64,000 bases of DNA from Verrucomicrobiota bacterium (GTDB lineage: Bacteria > Verrucomicrobiota > Verrucomicrobiia > Limisphaerales > CANJXF01): the NCBI GenBank assembly GCA_038214755.1, contig JBBQRQ010000013.1, positions 1 through 64,000 on the forward strand, read 5' to 3'. The notes beneath the pieces were generated by a model. The model worked only from the letters and a program-made list of their open reading frames with translations. It did not search any database and had not been told where the DNA came from. This document shows, in pieces, positions 20,501 through 27,962 of the stretch. The position numbers and the translations under genes were made by a program. Position 1 is the first letter of the stretch, and every line of letters begins with the position of its first letter.

Positions 20501-21306
20501 GCCCACCACGCAACGACCGTGCCGTCCGCTTTTAGCGCCATGCTGTGATAAGCGCCGGCCGCAATCGCCACGACGTTGGATAATCCCGGCGGAACTTCCG
20601 GCGCTCCGACCGAACCCCAAGTAACAACTGTCCCGTCAGCCTTGAGCGCCAGACTGTGGTAAAACCCAGCAGTAATCGCCACCACATTTGACAAGTCGGA
20701 CGGAACATTGGTCTGGCCGTAAATATTCCATCCCCACGCCGCGACCGTTCCATCGGACTTCAGTACGATGCTGTATTCAATGCCCGCTGCAATGGCGACA
20801 ATATTGGAAAGTCCTGGTGGAACGTTCGTCGGAGTATAACTCGCGGCGCCCACGCCCGCCGTGACAATGGTGCCGTCTGATTTCAGCGCCAGCCAATGAT
20901 ACCAGCCCGCCGCGATGGCAACGATATTGGAGAGGCTTGAGACGGGAGGCACGGTGGTTGAGCCGCCCCAACTAACAACGGTTCCGTCCGCCTTGAGGGC
21001 CAAGCTTTGACTGCTGCGCGCCGAAATGGCCGTAACATTATTCAAACCCGGCGGGACATTCGTCGCACCGCCATCATTATATCCCCAGGCGACGACGGTG
21101 CCGTCAGTCTTGAGAGCCAAACTGTGTCGCCAGCCCGCGGCAATCGATTTCACATTGTCCAATCCGTTGGGAAGGGAAGTTTGTCCGTAATGGCTGTCTC
21201 CCCATGCAGCCACCTTGCCGCCCGCATGGCAGATGAGCGGCGCACAGACGCCCGTCAGCACGATCATGAAACCGAAGTCCCTTTTTATGCAGAATGGATT
21301 TTTCAT
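17581..21306 (-). CDS. Large secreted protein with RCC1/BLIP-II-like repeats and immunoglobulin-like domains
   Basis: Many AIAAG..HSLALK.DGTVVAWG repeats; I..QP...YQW..NG...Y.V.VSN..G Ig repeats; C-terminal RFYRIVEH. Confidence 0.9.
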   Translation of the reverse strand: MKNPFCIKRDFGFMIVLTGVCAPLICHAGGKVAAWGDSHYGQTSLPNGLDNVKSIAAGWRHSLALKTDGTVVAWGYNDGGATNVPPGLNNVTAISARSSQSLALKADGTVVSWGGSTTVPPVSSLSNIVAIAAGWYHWLALKSDGTIVTAGVGAASYTPTNVPPGLSNIVAIAAGIEYSIVLKSDGTVAAWGWNIYGQTNVPSDLSNVVAITAGFYHSLALKADGTVVTWGSVGAPEVPPGLSNVVAIAAGAYHSMALKADGTVVAWWAGHNGIPDYGQTVVPPGLTNVKAIAAGEGHSLALVFDGPPEILQQPASRDIPYRSNILLSVRARGLEPLVYRWFLNGNPVNDAARISGATSASLSISNAQFADIGAYTVVVSNAFGSVTSAGAVLTVISPPSITSQSPDRTVAAGTDLTFAVFADGTPPLNFQWFFNGTNLPGKTSSSITLLNVQPGDSGTYFLRVTNPYGDVQADLHLTVTNAAPYFVQQPYVRQSDQSIVTNPVVPIGGSVTLNVGARGSLPLSYQWRFNGAEIPARTNATLTLSNFRYDQIGFYSVTVSNSFGETNSAKIFLNVSQVVAFGDPFTGNTNFPFGLSNVVAIAAGGSHITALKSDGTVKVWLANANYIFGSAAVTNVPAGATNIIAISAGPDHNLALRSNGTVIAWGGNASGQTNVPAGLSNVVAIAAGPGRGFAIKSDGSVAGWGTYGIVPSNLSNVVAITATTSANGASFALKRDGTVVTWATFLTLTNVTGLSNAIAIAGGSSGILALRQDGTIWNSTGRILLSTNLSNVIAIAANNTVGLVLKNDGTLVSSGAFGKTPLPVLSNVTAIDVGGVQTDFGVALIGDGAPAITIQPVSQIVKKGDAVQLHSRAAGIQPIAYQWQLDTVNIPGATNGSLIITNFQGKDTGAYRMLASNALGSVFSMTAQIAIPFSTNLPAALNATNLIWDTFSWLNPAGGTSKTTGVWFAQIRQTHDGDAAAQSGAISNNQQSVLTTMVNGPGTLTFWWKVSSEAGYDFLRLTVDNQNPFAGISGETEWEQKTVSISSGSHVLHWTYAKDATVSSGRDAGWVDEVSFSPTIIRHPFNQTVSLGANVTIPAFAEGAPPLNYQWLKNGTNLIGATNQYLTLTSVSRRDSATYALKVSNAGGSVTSSNAILKVLVPQQLNPLQHLADGSVFLLSRDVDGGTLLPEDLAAFGIQASTDLTDWIALPIAPALTNGSLLFNDTNTVNFPKRFYRIVEH

Positions 21307-21404
21307 AAAACACTTTTTTTCTCAGACTTTACACTCGTTGTTCTTGGAACGGTGCGTCTGACTTTGCGCCTTGCTGGTGGTTGATGCAGTAGAAGTAAAT
21401 CACA

Positions 21405-21549
21405 AACCACAGATGAACGCGAATGGATACGAATGAGAACAACAGGTGCACCGTGAAACTCAGCCCACAGAAAGTTAGTGTGCAAAAATCCGACCGACGA
21501 CTTCATTTCGCATTCACCATCTGGATTTATCTGCGTGGTATCTGCGGTT
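21405..21549. repeat. Imperfect inverted element AACCACAGATGAAC... / ...ATCTGCGGTT
   Basis: Inverted ends with short internal tandem units. Confidence 0.55.
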
Positions 21550-21597
21550 TCGACAACAGGGTTCGTTTAAGGTCGCCGGGGTTCATGTGAAAAATAT

Positions 21598-22716
21598 TTA
21601 GCGAACTCGATATTGCTCGACTTTTTTTTCATCCAACTCCACGCCAAGTCCTGGCTTCAAACTGGCCCTCGCGTCTCCACCAAGAATCGGAAGTCGCTCG
21701 GTCAGCAAATCGTGTTCGTAAAAAAATGGACCAATGATATCGCAGGGAAAATTTTCCGCATCGATTCCGCGATTCGCCATCGCCAGATGAATCATCGCGG
21801 CGCTGCCCACGCCCAATTCTAAATTGCTGCCGACGGTGCATTTCAAATTTTTGCTTTCGGCGAACTCCGCAATTTTTTTCGCGGGGGCGATCCCGCCCGC
21901 CTTGCCCACGTAAATCGAAAAAATATCCGCCGCCTGCAACCGCGCCAAAGTCTTCGCGTCCTGCAAAGTGTAGAGACTTTCGTCGGCGATGATCGGAATG
22001 GAAATTCGGGCGCGAAGGTCCCCCATGCTCGCGACGTCCTCGGGGGAAACCGGCTGTTCGGCGAAATAAATATCAAACTCGCTCAACCGCTCAATCGTGC
22101 TCACCGCGTTCTCCATCGACCAGCCGCCATTGGCATCAACACCCAATTTGATTTCCGGCCCGATTGCTTCGCGAACCGCTCGCACCCGCGCAACGTCTCC
22201 GTCGGGGTCGATCCCCACTTTCACTTTCATTGAGCGAAAGCCTTGCTCCACCGCCCAGCGCGCAATCTCCGCCGCTCGCGCCGGCTCGACGCCGGAGACC
22301 GACCACTTGGTTGGAATCACCTCCCGCACTTTGCCGCCGAGCAATTCGTAAACGGGTTTGCCCGCGGCTTTGCCCGCGATGTCCCACAAGGCCATTTCCA
22401 CCGCCGCTTTCGTAAAAAAATTTCCAGCGAACGCCGTGCGAAATTTTGCCGTCAGCCTTTCCATCTCAATTGGATTTTCGCCGACCAGGATCGGCGCAAG
22501 ATAATTATTGATGAAATGCGCGGCGGTGACCTGGTCTTCGCCACTCCAGCGCGGCGTGCAGGAGGCCTCGCCCAGTCCGACGATTCCCGCGTCCGTAAAA
22601 ACTTTTACCAGCAGAAAGGGCGAAACGGTGTGCGACCCGCCGCGTCCGCTGCGAATGGCCAGTTCCGGTTTGATCGGAACATTGACCGGGATGGTTTCAA
22701 TGCGAATAATTTTCAC
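21598..22716 (-). CDS. Muconate cycloisomerase/mandelate racemase (enolase superfamily) protein
   Basis: GLGEA, EMALWDIAGK, KVKVG, VDANGGW, EQP, ADES metal-binding motifs; GTG start chosen. Confidence 0.9.
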   Translation of the reverse strand: MKIIRIETIPVNVPIKPELAIRSGRGGSHTVSPFLLVKVFTDAGIVGLGEASCTPRWSGEDQVTAAHFINNYLAPILVGENPIEMERLTAKFRTAFAGNFFTKAAVEMALWDIAGKAAGKPVYELLGGKVREVIPTKWSVSGVEPARAAEIARWAVEQGFRSMKVKVGIDPDGDVARVRAVREAIGPEIKLGVDANGGWSMENAVSTIERLSEFDIYFAEQPVSPEDVASMGDLRARISIPIIADESLYTLQDAKTLARLQAADIFSIYVGKAGGIAPAKKIAEFAESKNLKCTVGSNLELGVGSAAMIHLAMANRGIDAENFPCDIIGPFFYEHDLLTERLPILGGDARASLKPGLGVELDEKKVEQYRVR

Positions 22717-22730
22717 GGTGGCCGGGTAGC

Positions 22731-22804
22731 ATCTGCCTCCGGCGGGTGCGAAACGATTTATTAATTCGATGTTCGATGTTGGTGGTTCGATGTTCGATGT
22801 TCGA
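22731..22804. repeat. ATCTGCCTCCGGCGGGTGCGAA plus TTCGATG heptamer tract (copy 1)
   Basis: 22-bp exact direct repeat with 23681-23702. Confidence 0.85.
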
Positions 22805-22885
22805 AAAACACTCGCCCCCTGTGGCGAAATTTGGGAAAGTTCCCCAGAGCGCGGCGCACCGAATCGCGCTGCCCAAAAAAGGAAC

Positions 22886-23677
22886 GTGAAGATCCTCGAC
22901 GAAATCCTCCAGCAAAAAAAAATCGAAGTGGCGAAACTTCCCGCCCGCCTTATCGCTGCCGGTGATTTGCGCGACGCTATCCTCGAGCGGAACGAGAGGC
23001 GCGATTTTTTCTCCGCGTTGAAAGATTCCAAACAAGGATCGATCGCGCTGATCGCCGAGGTTAAGAAAGCCTCTCCCTCCGCTGGAATTATTTGTGAGAA
23101 CTTTGATCCGGTTCGTATCGCTCGGGAATTCGAAGTCGCTGGCGCAAGTTGTTTATCCGTTCTCACCGACGAAAAGTTTTTCCACGGCTCGCTGGATTAT
23201 CTCAAACAAATCCGCGCTGCCGTCTCAATTCCTCTCCTGCGAAAAGATTTCATCATCGACGAGCGACAGATCCTGGAGTCCATCGAGTGGGGCGCGGACG
23301 CGATTCTCCTCATCGTTGCCATTTTGTCGGATGAAAAATTAAAACAATTTCACGCGCTCGCCGTCGAAGCAGGTTTGGCCGCTCTGGTTGAAGTTCATGA
23401 TGAAAGCGATTTGGCTCGCGCGCTGAAAATCGACCCGCCGTTGATCGGCGTGAACAATCGCGACCTGAAAACGTTTCAAGTCGATCTGGCGACGACCGAA
23501 AGGCTGGCGGCGAAAATCGATTTGAAAAATAAAATTCTCGTGGGCGAAAGTGGAATCCGTTCTCGCGCCGATGTGGAACGGTTGGAACGATGCGGGGCTG
23601 GAGCAATTCTGGTGGGAGAATCTTTGCTGAAAGGTGGAACTATCTCCAAAAAAATAGAAGAACTTCTTGGTCAGTGA
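22886..23677 (+). CDS. trpC: Indole-3-glycerol phosphate synthase
   Basis: IAEVKKASPSAG, SVLTD.KFF.GS, LRKDFI, GVNNRDL, ESGI, LVGE. Confidence 0.95.
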   Translation: MKILDEILQQKKIEVAKLPARLIAAGDLRDAILERNERRDFFSALKDSKQGSIALIAEVKKASPSAGIICENFDPVRIAREFEVAGASCLSVLTDEKFFHGSLDYLKQIRAAVSIPLLRKDFIIDERQILESIEWGADAILLIVAILSDEKLKQFHALAVEAGLAALVEVHDESDLARALKIDPPLIGVNNRDLKTFQVDLATTERLAAKIDLKNKILVGESGIRSRADVERLERCGAGAILVGESLLKGGTISKKIEELLGQ

Positions 23678-23680
23678 TGG

Positions 23681-23787
23681 ATCTGCCTCCGGCGGGTGCG
23701 AAGACGTTCTGGATTCGACGTTGGTTGTTCGATGTTCAGAGTGGGATGTTGGTTCGCATTTTCAAACGTCGAACATTAAATATCGAG
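23681..23787. repeat. ATCTGCCTCCGGCGGGTGCGAA plus TTCGATG-type heptamers with inverted partner (copy 2)
   Basis: Direct repeat of 22731-22752. Confidence 0.85.
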
Positions 23788-23878
23788 CGGATTGTTTTCG
23801 CACCGACCGGAACCAGACGCTCCCCGGTCTTGGTGCGAATTTTTCTGGCCGCGATTTGGGCCGAGGATTTTTCCGGAA

Positions 23879-24361
23879 CTAACAACTGGTCGGAACCTCC
23901 TGCAAAACTTCTATGCAATGCGGAATTGCGCCCTGAACGAAGCCGAGACATTCCACCGCTCCGCTGGGTTTTCCGGGAAGACAAATCACCAAACTTTTTT
24001 CCACGACGACGGCGAGATTGCGCGAGAGAATTGCATTCCGGGTAATTTTCATCGACTCGATTCGCATGATTTCGCCGAAGCCGGGCAATTCCCGAAATGC
24101 GATTTCGCGAACGGCTTCCGGAGTCACATCGCGCAAGGCAACGCCCGTTCCGCCTGTGGTCAAAATAAGTTGGCAAGCTTGATTGATCTGCCCGCGAATG
24201 GCGCGTTGGATTTCCCGCATTTCATCGGGCACCAAAATTTCCGCCAGAACTTTCCAGCCGTAACTTTCCGCCGCCTTCTTCAAGGCCGGCCCGCCGAGAT
24301 CATCGTAAAGCCCTTTCGAGGCGCGATCAGAAATGGTGATGATGCCCGTTTGGATTTGCAT
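23879..24361 (-). CDS. mog: Molybdopterin adenylyltransferase
   Basis: ITISDRAS, TTGGTG...RDVTPEA, LPGFGE.MR, LPGKP. Confidence 0.9.
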   Translation of the reverse strand: MQIQTGIITISDRASKGLYDDLGGPALKKAAESYGWKVLAEILVPDEMREIQRAIRGQINQACQLILTTGGTGVALRDVTPEAVREIAFRELPGFGEIMRIESMKITRNAILSRNLAVVVEKSLVICLPGKPSGAVECLGFVQGAIPHCIEVLQEVPTSC

Positions 24362-24371
24362 AGGGATATTT

Positions 24372-24446
24372 AACCACAGAGGCCCAGAGGCACAGAGAAA
24401 AGAAAATCAAATCTGCTTTCGCTCTGTGTCCCTGTGACTCTGTGGC
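24372..24446. repeat. Inverted element AACCACAGAG(GCACAGAG)n / CTCTGTG..CTCTGTGG overlapping the moaC stop
   Basis: Visible inverted 9-mer-like tandem arms. Confidence 0.75.
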
Positions 24447-24898
24447 TCCACTTTCGTTTTGGAAATGAGTTTTATGTCTGTGATCAGCATATTTTTGTCC
24501 ACCGCTTTGCACATGTCATAAATCGTCAACGCCGCAACGCTCACCGCCATCAACGCCTCCATCTCAACGCCGGTTTGCGCGATGATTTTTGCGGAAGCGG
24601 TGATGACAATGCGGTCGGCGCTTTTGGGAATTTCAAAATTAATCTCGCAATGCGAGATCGGCAGCGGGTGACAAAGCGGAATCAAGTCGCCCGTTTTTTT
24701 TGCCGCCAAAATCCCGGCGATACGCGCCGTCGCCAAAACATTTCCTTTGGCAATTTTGTTTCTTTGGATCAGCGCAACCGTCGATTTTTGTAAAAGGATT
24801 TGGCCGCGCGCCACGGCTACACGCTGGGAAACAGGCTTGGGCGAGACATCGACCATTCGGGCCTGACCGCGCGAGTCGATATGCGAAAGTTTTTTCAT
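24407..24898 (-). CDS. moaC: Cyclic pyranopterin monophosphate synthase
   Basis: ARMVDVS.K, LIPLCHPL, TGVEMEAL, YDMCKAVD. Confidence 0.96.
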   Translation of the reverse strand: MKKLSHIDSRGQARMVDVSPKPVSQRVAVARGQILLQKSTVALIQRNKIAKGNVLATARIAGILAAKKTGDLIPLCHPLPISHCEINFEIPKSADRIVITASAKIIAQTGVEMEALMAVSVAALTIYDMCKAVDKNMLITDIKLISKTKVEPQSHRDTERKQI

Positions 24899-25004
24899 TT
24901 CCGGGGCTGGAGAGTAGAACAACCGGCGCGATGCCTGGAGCTAATTCCTGGAGCGGCGCGTCTGCGACCGCTGAAGACAAATCCGCGAGTGAAATAAATT
25001 TCGC

Positions 25005-26144
25005 TCATTTCTTTTTTATTTTCGCCAGACTCCGCTTCAAAATTTTTTCCAAAGGCTCTTTCTCCTGCCCGAGTCGACGTTGCAACAAGTTCAGGACGAC
25101 AGCCTCCTCCGGGCGCAACTTGCTCACGGGTGTTTTCCCTGGCTCGATGCGCTGCTTCACCCCGTCCAACATCGAGCCGTCGAGATACGAAGCAAAAACC
25201 GCCGGATGCACGTAACATTTTTTGCAAATCGCCGGAGTGTTGCCCAGCTTTTGCGCAACCGATTCAATCGCTTGCGCCAAATTTTTTTTGGCCTGAGTTT
25301 GCGTCGCAAATGTTTCCAATTCCTTCAACGCGGTCAGCGCCAGCACCGTTCCGGCCCAGGTCCGAAAATCTTTCGCCGTAAAATCTTCTCCGCTGATCTC
25401 GCGCAAATATTCGTTTACATCTTCTGACTTCACGTCTTCCCGTTTTCCATCGAGGTGGATGCATTGAAAAAGTTTCTGACCGGGAAGCTCCTGGCAGCGC
25501 TTGACAATTTTCGCGAGCCGCTTGTTTTGAACAGCAATCGAGTGGTGTTTGCCGCCTTTGCCGCGAAACTCAAATCGCATGGCCGAGCCTCTCACCGTCA
25601 CGTGCTGATCCCGCATCGTGCTTAAACCGAAGGAATGATTCTCCCGCGCATATTCATCGTTGCCGACGCGGATGAGACTGGCTTCGAGCAATCGCACAAT
25701 AGTCGCCAAAACTTTCTCGCGCGGCAATCCGCGCCGCGCTAAATCCCTGGCCACGCGCCGCCGAATTTTCGGAAGCGCTTTCGCAAAAATAATCATGCGA
25801 TTGAATTTGGTTTCATCGCGCACGGCGCGCCAACGGCGATGATACCGATACTGCTTGCGCCCGCGGTCATCACGGCCCGTCGCCTGTAGATGGCCGTTTG
25901 TCAGCGGACAAATCCACACGCCCGCCCAAGCCGGTGGGATGGCCAAAGATTTGATGCGGCGAAGATGTTCGGGATTTGAAATCGTTTTCCCGCCGCGACC
26001 GATGAAGCGAAAGCCTTTGCCATTTTTCTCGCGGCGAATTCCAGGTATTTCGTCGGAGACATATCTCAGCCCGGCGACCTGCGCCGATTTTTTTGGATCC
26101 GTGACAATAGGGATTGGTGAAATGCTTTTATGCCTGACCTCCAT
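25005..26144 (-). CDS. Bacterial DNA topoisomerase IB (poxvirus-like)
   Basis: IPPAW, GRKQYRYH, RVGN.EY, FRGK, KDFRTW, LGNTPAICKKCYVHP with catalytic Tyr. Confidence 0.92.
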   Translation of the reverse strand: MEVRHKSISPIPIVTDPKKSAQVAGLRYVSDEIPGIRREKNGKGFRFIGRGGKTISNPEHLRRIKSLAIPPAWAGVWICPLTNGHLQATGRDDRGRKQYRYHRRWRAVRDETKFNRMIIFAKALPKIRRRVARDLARRGLPREKVLATIVRLLEASLIRVGNDEYARENHSFGLSTMRDQHVTVRGSAMRFEFRGKGGKHHSIAVQNKRLAKIVKRCQELPGQKLFQCIHLDGKREDVKSEDVNEYLREISGEDFTAKDFRTWAGTVLALTALKELETFATQTQAKKNLAQAIESVAQKLGNTPAICKKCYVHPAVFASYLDGSMLDGVKQRIEPGKTPVSKLRPEEAVVLNLLQRRLGQEKEPLEKILKRSLAKIKKK

Positions 26145-26231
26145 GCGTCCTATTATTCTCGCGAAACAAAAATGTGCAATCGGTTGATTCTCCGTTCGAC
26201 ACCGCGCCAAAAGAAATTTAATCTCGTCTCC

Positions 26232-27107
26232 ATGCGACACACTTTTTTCCTTCTCTTCGGCGGAGCCATTTTATTTTTTCTCACCGTGATGGAGACGGGC
26301 GCCGCCAACCCGCCGCGTGTCGTCTTCGTCACAGGCGACCACGAATACGGCTCCGAGCGAACGATGCCGGCGCTGGCCAAAGAGTTGGAGAAAAAATTCG
26401 GACTGAAGACGACTGTCCTTCTGGCGACGAATGAAAAAGGCGATCGTGATGAGAGTTACGAAAAAAATATTCCCGGATTGGAAGCGTTGGAGAAAGCCGA
26501 TCTGGCCGTTTTCTTTTTGCGCTGGCGTCTCCTGCCCAAAGAGCAGGTCGCGCTCATTCAAAAATATTTGGATAGCGGCAAACCGGTGGTGGGGTTCCGC
26601 ACGACATCGCATTCGTTTCATTATCCCAAGGGCGATGAATTGGAGCGATGGAATGCATTCGGCGAATTTGCGTTCGGCACGCCGCCGGGCTGGGGCGCGT
26701 CCGGTCACACTCATTACGGCCACACTTCCAGCACGGATGTTTCAATCATTCCTGCGGCGGCGAAAAATCCGATTCTGACTGGAGTGGAGCAAAATTTTCA
26801 TGTCCGCTCCTGGCTGTATCACGTATTGCCCAATTATCCGCCACGTGGCGCGACGCAATTGCTCATGGGGAAATCGGTGGGACCGGAACATCCCGCCATC
26901 GAGAATCCTGTGGCTTGGACTTATCACACCGAGAAAGGCGGACGCGCTTTTTACACTTCGCTCGGGCATCCCGAAGATTTTCAAGTCGAGTCTTTTCAAC
27001 GCCTGGTCGTTAACGCGATTCATTGGGCGCTGGGAAAACCGGTTCCAGAAAAATGGCCGGGCAAACTCGACCTCAACGTTTCCTACGAGAAGCCGAAGAA
27101 AACTTGA
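26232..27107 (+). CDS. ThuA-like domain protein, secreted
   Basis: Signal peptide, GDHEY, GFRTTSH, GRAFYTSLGHPEDF. Confidence 0.8.
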   Translation: MRHTFFLLFGGAILFFLTVMETGAANPPRVVFVTGDHEYGSERTMPALAKELEKKFGLKTTVLLATNEKGDRDESYEKNIPGLEALEKADLAVFFLRWRLLPKEQVALIQKYLDSGKPVVGFRTTSHSFHYPKGDELERWNAFGEFAFGTPPGWGASGHTHYGHTSSTDVSIIPAAAKNPILTGVEQNFHVRSWLYHVLPNYPPRGATQLLMGKSVGPEHPAIENPVAWTYHTEKGGRAFYTSLGHPEDFQVESFQRLVVNAIHWALGKPVPEKWPGKLDLNVSYEKPKKT

Positions 27108-27214
27108 TGTAACTACCGTTGGGATAAAACGAGAGTCGCGCGAAGATATCCTCAATGTTTCTGGCCTGATATTTTTTTTGTTCGCAAACTTGAGCACAAA
27201 ACGTAAAATTCAAC

Positions 27215-27487
27215 ATGAGCGTGAAAGAACTCGAGAAACAGGTGAAGCATCTTACCCCGCGCCAACTCGACAGTTTCGGTCAATGGTTCGAACAATATCG
27301 TGATGGTGCATCGCTCGGCGGAGAGACCGGTGAGGATTTGACAGCAGATCAGAAAATGGAAATCCGCCGCCGCCGTGATGAACTTATCGCCAACCCTGGC
27401 CTCGCCCAACCAGTGACCGATGAAATGTTCGAGCGGTTGAAACGAAAACTCGCTCATGCACGCCCTCGAAAAACATCCGCTTGTTGA
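27215..27487 (+). CDS. Putative addiction-module antitoxin
   Basis: LT..QK.EI.RR.DE..ANP pattern; overlaps RelE/ParE gene. Confidence 0.7.
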   Translation: MSVKELEKQVKHLTPRQLDSFGQWFEQYRDGASLGGETGEDLTADQKMEIRRRRDELIANPGLAQPVTDEMFERLKRKLAHARPRKTSAC

Positions 27488-27761
27488 TTGTGATTTGGAA
27501 GAAGGCGCGCTCTGGTATCATCAACGCGAGCCGGAAGTTGCTCTGCGATTTATCGACTCCGCACGAGATGCGATGCGCGCAGCGGCAATTCGACCGTTGC
27601 ACTTTTCCCGGCGATTCGACGACATCCGCCGGGTGAGAATGCGTGGTTTTCAGCACAGCGTTTATTTTCAATTGCATCAAGACACAGTTTATGTGCTGGC
27701 CATCGCCCACGGCGCGCGAGATCTAACGCGGCTACTCGGGGCGCGGAAAACCTCTCGTTAG
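27456..27761 (+). CDS. RelE/ParE-family toxin
   Basis: HP....DL.E...WY...RF; RR..M.GF....YF; VLAIAH..R. Confidence 0.8.
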   Translation: MHALEKHPLVDCDLEEGALWYHQREPEVALRFIDSARDAMRAAAIRPLHFSRRFDDIRRVRMRGFQHSVYFQLHQDTVYVLAIAHGARDLTRLLGARKTSR

Positions 27762-27962
27762 TTTTTTAGTTCAATACACCACCCCAACACCACCGCGTGT
27801 TCGGCAGAGTTCAGTCCTTTCGCCCATTGCGCCGGCACAACAGTTCATCGCGCCGCGGTTGGTTGGGACGACACAGCCGCGCTCGCAAAATGTCAACTTG
27901 GGCGCGGCGGATTTCGCGCTTGGCACGGTCAATTGATGCGCGGCGGGAACAACGATTATTTT

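Noticed and set aside
22717..23166. 150-aa N-terminal extension of the cycloisomerase ORF
   Set aside because: It overlaps trpC on the other strand and runs through repeats; family similarity starts at the GTG at 22716
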